Source: Octopus sinensis (taxonomy: Eukaryota). From it: a stretch of DNA of 64,000 nt. Under the pieces are notes generated by a model, which searched no databases, had not been told where the DNA came from, and saw nothing but the letters and a program-made list of their open reading frames with translations. The DNA lies in assembly GCF_006345805.1 (NCBI RefSeq), contig NC_042997.1, forward strand, positions 70,246,001 to 70,310,000. The letters are read 5' to 3'. This document shows, piece by piece, positions 54,276-64,000 of the stretch. The position numbers were made by a program, and so were the translations under genes. How positions within the stretch are numbered: position 1 is the stretch's first letter; every line of letters starts with the position of its first letter.

Positions 54276-54561
54276 TATATACTTAATCGTAAATTAGTAT
54301 GATCGTTAAAATGTGATATATTAATTTGCAAGGATGTAAGACCATTTTACGTTTAAGCAGCTTAAGAATCAGTGGCAAAGGTGTTGTTGCTATATCCCAT
54401 AACATAGCAGTTTCACACAACGATTCGATAAGCACAAATACCAAACTAGAATATAACAACGATTTGAACTTCGTTTGTGTGCATGAATGTCTAAGGATGT
54501 GGGTTCGTAATTATTATATAACCGTTTATTGTAATGTAAATATAATTTTCAATATGTTATA

Positions 54562-54778
54562 ATGGTTTCATGTGTTGGCACAAGTCCAGTAGGTTTGGGG
54601 GAGGAGCTAAGTCGATTAAATCGATCTCAGTGTTCAACTGGTACTTATTTTATCAACCCGAAAGGTTGAAAGGCAAAGTCGACCCCGGCAGAATTTGAAC
54701 TCAGAACATAAAGACAGATGAAATATCGCTAAGCATTATGCCCGGTGTGCAAAGGATTCTGCTAGCTCGTCGCCTTAA
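54562..54778 (-). mobile_element. SINE family 1 copy
   Basis: Reverse complement of full family consensus. Confidence 0.88.
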
Positions 54779-55500
54779 TGTGCTTGAAATAATTAAATTA
54801 TAAAAATGAGGTCGTCATATACAACAGATTTCATGTATATGTGCATGTCCATATAAATACACCCATGCATACTTGTAGACAGATAGTTGTTCGTTCAGCA
54901 ATGTGAGACAGAAAGAATACTCAATGCATGTAGCAAATATATTTTAATGGTGATTCATTGCATATACGTATGCGATCCTTCAGGCTTTCGGAAAATGATT
55001 CAATCGCAGAGGGCTTGCAATGCCGAACACTGACTGATAAGGGGTGATTCATCGATTACACACATTTATATATATGTCTGTATTTGTGTGTATATGTGCA
55101 TGTACACACACACACACACACACACGCATGTATGTATGTATGTATGTTTATGTAATTTCTGTAGTGTATGGCACGCACGACAAATTTCTAAATTTATTAA
55201 AATTTCTATTAAGAACAGAGAAACAACAAAACAAAAATCAAGTGACAATCGTTATTAACACTTAAGGAGAAATGCCGAAAATTTCGAGTCATGCTTGAAT
55301 TAACAGGCTCAGGGAACAAAAAGACGATCTGATCTCCTCCCAATCCTCCGTCTCTTTAATTCTAATCTATTTAAATATCTTTTCCCTTTCTAACGGATCC
55401 TTCTCCTCTGAGCGTTTGACTTTTCTTCTTCATGACATAACACACACGCACAAACACATACACACATACACACACATATACATATATATACAAACATATA

Positions 55501-55578
<78 letters not shown>

Positions 55579-55624
55579 CATACACACACACACACATATA
55601 TATATATATACACACATATACACG

Positions 55625-56125
55625 CAAGCGTGACTTCCCAACCCACATGATTCCGGGTTCAGTCCCACTGCGTAGCACCTTGGGCATATTGCGTCTTGTA
55701 TAGCCTCGGGCCGACCAAAACCTGTCGTATATATGTGCGTGTGTTTGTGTCTGTTATTGATAACTGATGTTGGTGTGCTTACGTCCTCATTAGCGGTTCT
55801 ACAAAAGAGACTAAAAGAATAAGTATTAGGCTTGCAAAAATAAGTCCTGTGGTCGAGTTCGTTTACTAAAAACCTCTTTAAGGCGGTGCTCTAGCAAGGC
55901 CGCAGTCAGGTAACTGAAACATTTGAAAGAATAAATTGATATGTAAATGTGTGTGTGTGTGAGCATTTATGTATATACACAGGCGTAGATATGTGGTAAG
56001 ATACTTGCTTCTCAACCACATGGTTCTGGGTTCAGTCCCACAGCGTAACACCTTGGCAAGCGTCATCTACTGTAGTCTCGGGTTAACCAAAGCCTTTTGA
56101 GTGGATTTGGTAGACGCAAACTGAT

Positions 56126-56130
<5 letters not shown>
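55625..56130 (+). mobile_element. Two SINE family 2 copies (55625-55932 and 55980-56130)
   Basis: CCACATG(A/G)TT...GGGTTCAGTCCCAC heads, CTCGGG...CCAAA bodies. Confidence 0.85.
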
Positions 56131-56156
<26 letters not shown>

Positions 56157-56429
56157 TATCTATATATGTGTATCTGTGTATATATTTATATATATTATAT
56201 ATATTATAATCATTAGTATAATATATATATGAATATATGTATGTATATGTGCACGGAAATTTGCAACTAAAATATCTAAACATATTATTTATTCACATGC
56301 ACCTAAGTTGTAAATGTCTTATTTTAGGTTCATAGACCTATATACAATCATGCCTATATGTTACGCTCATGAGATCCCTCACAAATTACATGAAATATAC
56401 GATGTAATCGATATGCATATACGTACGCA

Positions 56430-56504
<75 letters not shown>

Positions 56505-56515
<11 letters not shown>

Positions 56516-57783
56516 GACAGAAGTAAAGAGGCACCACATAAAACATCGTTTTAAGTTTATTTTAACTCGGAAAAAGTTTACATTGTTTATTAATGACATT
56601 TTAAAATTTCAAATTCTCTATGTAATTGGATAGTCATGCCACGAAGAAAAGAAGCCTCAGAATTGTACGAATTTCAAAGTGGCCGTATTGTGGGGAGGCC
56701 GTATTGTGGACTTAATCAGCATAAAAATGCAGAAAACCTTTAGCCAGTTAATAGAGTTATTGTGCAATTCACCAGAGAGGGGAAAGACACCACATCACCT
56801 CACCCAAGTCGACCAGAGCCCTCTGACAGGACCCTTTGTTGTGTTAAGAGAAGTGTGTAGGATAATCCTCGTTGCAAGGCCTCTGACTTATCAGAACAAG
56901 TTGATGTCAGTCCCAGAACAGCTGTCAGGTATCTCCACAAACTTTGCTACTTTGGCAGAGCAGCAAGAAGGAAGCCATTTCTTCAACCAGCCAATATCAT
57001 GCGAAGAAAAGGATTGGGCAAGTGAGACGTTGGGAGGCCACTAGCATTTTGAGACATTGTCATATTCTCTAATGAGTCCAAATTTGCTGTATTTTCCTGC
57101 TGTGTTCAAGTGTGGCTCTGGAGACTGATCAAGAATTTGACGTGAAAGGATTGCAGCCAAGAATGAAACATGGCGGCTATTTTGTGGTTTGGAGAGCAAT
57201 TTGAGCAATATGGTCGTTCAGAGATGGTGGTGAGTTACGGGAACATTAACTCAGATAAATATGTGTCCATATAGCAGATAGGACTCCTTCCAATCTTCTC
57301 CGGTGGTGAAATGATTAAAAAAGACTCTTTGTTTATGGAAGATGGGGTTCCTTGTCACACGACTAAAAAGACCCACGGTTGGTGGAAGAGAATGGCATTA
57401 AAACACTTCCATGGCCAAAGCAGATATGAAACCTATTGAACACCTTGGGACAAAATTATCAGGATTCCCTGTTGGGGCAAAATGAACAGGATTGGGTATA
57501 ATGAACAGGGCACTTCTAGAAGGAACAAGAAAGCATCCTCAAAGCCGGATCTTTTGAGATTACTGCATGAAACTTGGCAAGAAATTCCTCAAGAGAATAT
57601 TCGTCATGTGAACAGTAGCATGCTTCATAGGTTCCTTGCATTGAAAAATTTCAAAGGATATGACTACTAAATATTAGATAATCACATTATAATAGTTAGT
57701 AAATAATTTAAATGAATATTTTCAGATTTAAATAAATTTCAACGATTATAAAGGTGTCTATTTACTTCTATTATGACTGTGTA
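56505..57783 (+). mobile_element. Tc1-like transposon, near full length, defective
   Basis: VSPRTAVRYLHK...ARRKPFL, IFSNESKF, FMEDGVPCHT motifs; TIR-like ATGACAGAAGTAAAGAGGCACC / GGTGTCTATTTACTTCTATTATGACTGTGTA. Confidence 0.88.
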
Positions 57784-58802
57784 CGTATGTTAATGTTTGT
57801 TTATAAAGTATGATAAAACAACTTTACATTAAATTAGTTAAATTGAAGGATTACTCAATACATTTGGAAAAGAACAAATTTATTATTCTCTAACAAGAAC
57901 AGTATTGACAGTAACTTCGAAGTTACAGCCAGCTAATCCGTCATCGGACAGTTTGATGGTGGTTTTGCTGGATGAAACTTCAAAAGTAACTCTCATTACT
58001 ATTCTTGCTAATGTGTGTGTGTGTGTGTGTGCTAAACTATGTGTACGCCAGAAATATATTTTGCTTTCAACATGTTTTAATGAAAATATACATTCCTACG
58101 TAAACTTACCTTGAACATGGATTGGTGTTGTCGAGGCTTGCTTTTTGTTTTTAAAGTAGTCACAATATATTTTTGTGCGTTTCTATGAATGCGTCAGTTT
58201 GGGGAATTTGGTATGTGTATGTGCATCAGTTAAATCTATATGCTTATCAACATATTTGAGAGATAATCGGCATTCCACATTGATAGCTAGGTGCTCCATG
58301 CCACCGAATTCTTATTGACGTACTTGCAAGCTGGAAGTGATTATGCTGTACAATGATATAACAATATTTTTTTACAGATAATAAAAACAACAAAAGACGA
58401 TAAAATATGAACATATAATAGAATGTATACGTAGGGAAACACGCTTAGACATGGGTAAATATATCTAACAATATTATACGGCGTATATAGATTATAGACA
58501 AAAGGGTACTTCACTCTTATATGTAGACGAAAACATCCGAAAATACACATAGTACTTTATTTGTGTATGTGCATAAATATACTTACGTACGTATGTGTTT
58601 ACGTATGTATGTATATATGTACGTAAAGATTTCCCCAACCAAAATACCTTTCTCACAAAGTATTGATCTCTGTCTATACTGGAAGTTGCTTCGCCAAGGT
58701 ATCACGCTGTGAGACTGCTCAGATACTACGTGGTTGCGATGTAACTGTACAGACGTGACAGTGCCTTATTTGTAAATATAGTACATTTATTCTACACGGT
58801 GA

Positions 58803-59130
58803 AGACACATGGCTCAGTGGTTAGAACGTCGGACTCAAAATCATGATGTAGTGAGTTTGATAAACGGACTGGTCTGTATGTTGTTTCCTTGGTCAAAACA
58901 CTGTAATTCAAGTTTCTCCAGTTCACTCAGTTGAAGAAATGAGACGCAATGTCACTGGTACCAAGTTGTATCGCTCTTTGCCCTGCCCTTGAACAACATC
59001 AGTAACGTAGAGAGGGAGGCTGCTACGCATGGACGACATCTGGTCTTCCGTAAACTTTGCCCTGATTGTGCTACGGAGGGTAAATTTTTGGATGTAATCC
59101 CATGGGCATTCATGACCGAAGGGGTCTTTT
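58803..59130 (+). mobile_element. SINE family 3-related copy, decayed
   Basis: CATGGCTCAGTGGTTAGAACGTCGGACTC head; CTCCAGTTCACTCAG...AAATGAG core. Confidence 0.7.
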
Positions 59131-59444
59131 TTTAATTTTACACAGAATAATTTTTAGAAAACGTCACAAAAATAAAATCAAAATACCTAAAAATACAGAA
59201 TACACATATAATTATAGTTCAGATACTTGCCAATTGTTTATATTAATTCAGTATTGCTACAAAAATGTTCTTTCATTGAAGGAGACTTAAAAACTGCAAG
59301 CTAGGAAAATTTATACATGTAGAGACAATTTGAACAAATCCATCTGACTTAAACCTGACCTGTACACACACACACACACACACACAGAAACACACATGAT
59401 ATACACATATATGTATATATATCTATCTCTCTCTCTCTCTTTCG

Positions 59445-59505
<61 letters not shown>

Positions 59506-59567
59506 CATATATATATATATTATATATATATATATATTTATATATACATACATATATATATAGACAG

Positions 59568-59598
<31 letters not shown>

Positions 59599-59659
59599 TA
59601 TATTATACATATATATACATATATATATATATATATACATACATACATACATCTATATA

Positions 59660-59701
<42 letters not shown>

Positions 59702-59744
59702 CATACATCTATATATATTTATATATTTACATATATATATATAT

Positions 59745-62012
59745 AGTGAGAATTTACAAACGATCAACAAAAGACGAAGACGGGTGTGTAAACAACATAC
59801 AGATGCATTAGTTTAATGCTCGGGAAGTGAGAAAGTCTTTCACGTTTCGAGCTTACTCTCTTCGACAGAATGGAACACAAAAATGAACCGGGAGAGAAGG
59901 CTAGCAATATATCCTGGCGAATGCCGGACAGAGGAGTCACACAAGGGAGCTAGGAAGAAAGGGAGATAATAAAGTAGTGGTGATACCAAAACGAAGGTGA
60001 GCGTCCGTATGTATGTGAGAGAGTGTATGTGCTTGTGGAATGGGGCTGGTAACATTGACATGTGCGTGCATTCATGCGTGTGGATGATGGTGTAGGTCCT
60101 AGGAAGTGGTCATTGCTAGTGTGTGTGCTGGGAAGTTGTCAGTGCTAGTGTGTGCGCTGGTGTGGGTGCTGGGAAGTGGTCAGTGCTAGTGTGCGCGGAT
60201 GGTGTGATGTGGTGTGGTGTTGTATGGCGTTGTGTGGTATGGTGTTGTGTGGTGTGGTGGTGTGAGGAGTGGCGGTGCTGGGGTGTGGAGGATGCGAGAT
60301 TGGGGAAAGCAAGAGTGGATGGGGTGGTAGATGTATAGGGATAGTGGGGTTGTAATATGTAGTGGAGGGGCAGCAAGGAAGTGTGACGATGAAAGGAGAG
60401 GGTGGAAGGGAGAAGGAGGGTAGGAGTTAAGAGAGGAAGTAGGTGCAAGAGCAAGATCGGAGAGGTGGATGGGAGGAAGTAGGTGTGAGAGGAAGAGAAG
60501 AGAGAGAAGGAGGGTTAGATGAAGTGAGGAGGAAAGTTGAGCCCATGTGGTGCAAAGGAACGAAGAGAGAAAATTAATCTCTGCTCACGGCGACGACGGG
60601 TGGCCGGATGGCCCTTGTGCAAGGACAATCCCAACGCAGACAGGTGTTATAAAGAGTGACCGGTAGAGCTAAATTGGCGCGAGACCGGTGTCGTTGTCGA
60701 GTCTGATGTCTCGGAAGTGATCCGCGAACCGGTCAGCCAAGGGGCGTCCTGTTTGACCGATGAATCGAGAAGGACAGAAAGAGCAGGAGATGCAGTAGAT
60801 GACGTTGCTAGAAATGCAGGTGAAGGAGTCAATGATATGGGAGGGTCGATGATGGGTGCCTGTGAGGAGGGTGGTGGTGGAGAGGTAAGAGCAAGTACGA
60901 CAACGTGGGCGGGAGCAGAGGATCGAACAGGGTTGAGAGGTTAGGATAGGGAAGAAGCTGAGGACCAAGAGGTCTCGTATGTTGTGGGATCGTTTGAAGG
61001 AGAGGTGTCGTTTAGGGAAGATGTGCGATGTGGAGAGATAGGATTGGAATCGATGGAAGGCTCGGAAAATGGTGCGTTAGAGAGGTAGGGTGGTGTGGTG
61101 GTAGGCATGGGGAAATGGGAGAGGTATGATGGCGAGGCGGTTGCGGGAGTAGAGAGCAGATGCACGATCCACGGAAGTGCTCTGGCAAGGGAGTTGTGTA
61201 GATAGTGGTGATGGGATATCCACGTAGGATGAAGTGGCGAGCCATGAGTTGAGACTGAGTCTCAAAGTCATGTTTGTCACTGCAGAGCCTACGTAGACGG
61301 AGGAATTGGGAATAGGGGATGGAGAGCTTAGTGTCTTTATGGTGGGAGAAGGACAAGTTGAGGTATGAGTGTGAGTCTGTGTGTTTGTAATGGATGGAGG
61401 TGGTGAGAATGGAGTGATGAATGCTGACCGAAATGTCGAGAAAGGCGACTAAAATGTCAGAAATAGTGCAGGAGAAGTGGAGGGCAGGATGGAAAGATTT
61501 TGAAAGTGAGAGGAAAGAGTCTAGATATTCGCGGGAGAATGAGGTCGCACTGATACAGTCGTCAATATAACGGCCATATAGTACAGGAGTGGGACCAGTG
61601 AAACTTGAGAATATTTGGGCCTCAACGTAGCCAACGAAAAGGATAGCATATTTGGGGCTTATTCTCGTCCCCATGGCCACTATGGAGAAATGTTGGTAAA
61701 AATCACCCGCAAACTAGAAGCAGTTAATTGAGAGGACAAGTTCGGCCAGACGAAGGAGTGTGGATGTGTCAGGTTGGATGTTGAGTCGGAGGTCAAGTAA
61801 ATGTTGGATTGCACGCAGCCCCTCTTGGTGATGAATCACCGTGTGTAGAATCTTTAAGTCAAGAGTGAAAAGACGTTTAGAGGGTCCAGGAGAGAAGGAT
61901 AAAGAGTTGAACAAACGAAGAGCATGATTGGTGTCATGATTGGACGCTCAGGAAAGAAGGGAAGACGGAGGAAAAAATTGCCAACGGTACACACGCGGTC
62001 ACATTTTGAATG
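59745..62012 (-). mobile_element. Penelope-like element, Neptune type, 5'-truncated
   Basis: RT (AMGTRISPKYA...GRYIDDC, ORF 61012-61680), CSRPRCRTC zinc motif, GIY-YIG (NVIYCISC...FIGQTGR), C/A-rich 3' UTR, pseudo-LTR with hammerhead-like motif at 59838-59871, (AT)n flanks. Confidence 0.95.
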
Positions 62013-62470
62013 TATATATATATGAATGTATATATATATTATGAGCCACTAATAATTTTATACGTTGGAGATATTGCCTATAGAACATCTTAGGCAACGT
62101 TGTTCTACACGCAGAACCCAATTAGAACAAATCACTCTAATCGACTTGAGACTGGTCTGTATATATATATATATACACACACAAAATATAGGTACAAGCC
62201 ACTAATACTTTCATACATTGGAGATCATGTCTAGGCAGGTTTTGATAATACACTTAGTATTTCCCAGCAATCTGCAATGCTCAAAGCACATGGCCTCTAC
62301 AAGTATATGCAACATCTCCAATGTATGAAACTATTTGTAGTTCATAAATATACATTGCAAACATTAAATAGTACTCACAGGATGGAGTACGTACGTGTAA
62401 ATGTATGTATGGATAAATGCGTATGTATATATACATATGAAGAGACTGATAGATGAATAAATATATATAT

Positions 62471-62542
<72 letters not shown>

Positions 62543-62689
62543 ATATATATATGTATGTATGTCTATATGCGTGTGTACTATATGTGTATGTGTGTGTAAG
62601 AGTGTGTTTGCCTGTGTGCATGTTAGTTTCACATGTTTGAGATGTTTCAGTATCCTTATCTACATATATGCATGCATACCAGTATTCCA

Positions 62690-63850
62690 AATCCACAGCT
62701 GAGTGTTTTTGTACAGCACTGCCAATTTCTTAATAACGTAGCAGGGGTCCTAAGTGATTACCTTGTATAATTTGATGCAACGATATTTTCTTAAAAATTC
62801 GAAACGAGCTGATATTCTATCACACATCCAACAAAGTATATTTACTAACTTTAACGTCCACCTTGGAGAATATAGTCAAATATATTACATACTTATACAA
62901 ACTGTAAAGAAACATGTTAGGTCTACCACATTTTTTTACTGACGGCTTCAGTGTTGTTATCGAGTGTACTTGGACTTGTGTTAGGAGACTTTTCATAGAT
63001 TTGTGTTGTCTTTTGCTCTTTCTGGTGGTGTGCGTTTGGAGGATTAAATTCATTCTGTGGTCCTTTTTTAGTAGGGGAATGTACTGGAGGATGATGTCGA
63101 AGGCTTCATTGTTAAGAGGGTTGTGTGTGGTGATGAATAGCAGGGCTTTTGGTTGTAAATCTTTCTTTAGTTTGGGCTGTCTGAGTTCGTGTATGCTTTT
63201 TTTTTAGGGCATGTTGAAAGCTCATATCAATTAATGATGGTGGGTAGTTCCTGGTAATGAGTATATCCTGTAGTTCATTAGCAAATGAGGGGACCATTCG
63301 CACACCCATCGCAGTCCCAGATTAATGTCGATAGAAGTTGTCTTTGAAGACAACGAAGTTATTTTCCAAGATGAATTTTAGTCCTTCTATTACGAATTCA
63401 TTTTTGATGCGATATAGGAGTTCACTGGAGTAATTCCCTAGCCAGAATTGAATTGCCTCTATTCCTAGGTTGTGAGGGATATTAGAATAGCGGCTTGCTA
63501 CATCAAAGGATACTAGTAGGTGTATTTGTTTATTGTTTTAGGGAGGAGATTGAGCATATCAAGGTCGTCCCTTTTGTAGCTTTTGATATGCTTCAGGAAT
63601 GGTTTAAAGAGGATATCTAAAATGTTGTTGAGGCGGTGGGTTCCGCATGCGGAACCTGCTATTATAGGTCTTAATTTGAGGTCATTAGGAGTATGGAGCT
63701 TGATTATTATGTATGTGGCAATCCTGCATGCATTACTTATTTTCTCACTTTTGTGTATCTTAGGAAGGAATACTGCGGAATTCACTGGATTTACTTTTGA
63801 AGTTAGTCATATATGCGTATTCCTTGTCAGTGAGCCCTTCTAATATAAGT
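62690..63850 (-). mobile_element. Second Penelope-like element fragment with internal RT deletion
   Basis: LPKIHK...LRPIIAG, LVSFDVASRYSNIPH, SGTAMGVRMVPSFAN, LITRNYP, KKCGRPN. Confidence 0.88.
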
Positions 63851-63904
63851 TTAACGTAGTTTTTAGGTTTCTCATTATGTAGTGTTGGACGTTTATACCT
63901 ACAT

Positions 63905-63907
63905 GTA

Positions 63908-63998
<91 letters not shown>
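63905..63998. repeat. (ATCT)n tetranucleotide array
   Basis: Direct reading. Confidence 0.95.
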
Positions 63999-64000
63999 TT

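Overview
Eukaryotic, extremely microsatellite-rich, AT-rich DNA. The SINE families and (AT)n/(ATT)n/(CA)n load look like an Octopus-type cephalopod genome (inference from recognition, not a database search). I found no recognisable host protein-coding gene; almost all ORF-track entries are microsatellite artefacts or transposon remnants. The window holds decayed mobile elements: Dong/R4-type RLE LINEs, Tx1-type L1-clade LINEs, RTE LINEs, Penelope-like elements (PLEs, Neptune type), several mariner/Tc1 copies, Helitrons, an hAT MITE and three tRNA-derived SINE families. Two systems stand out. (1) Retroelements partition microsatellites by motif and strand: Tx1 and SINE family 1 sit in (ATT)n-sense and share a 3' terminal motif, Dong/R4 and an unclassified 500-bp element sit in (AAT)n-sense, and PLE hairpin remnants sit in (AT)n. 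(2) PLE-derived palindromes carry minimal hammerhead-like ribozyme motifs with non-canonical cores, including an apparent compensatory U3-A8 pair in two families. A few strong minus-strand splice signals and a candidate core promoter hint at a weakly supported host transcript. Element boundaries were read by eye and are approximate unless a TIR or TSD is quoted.
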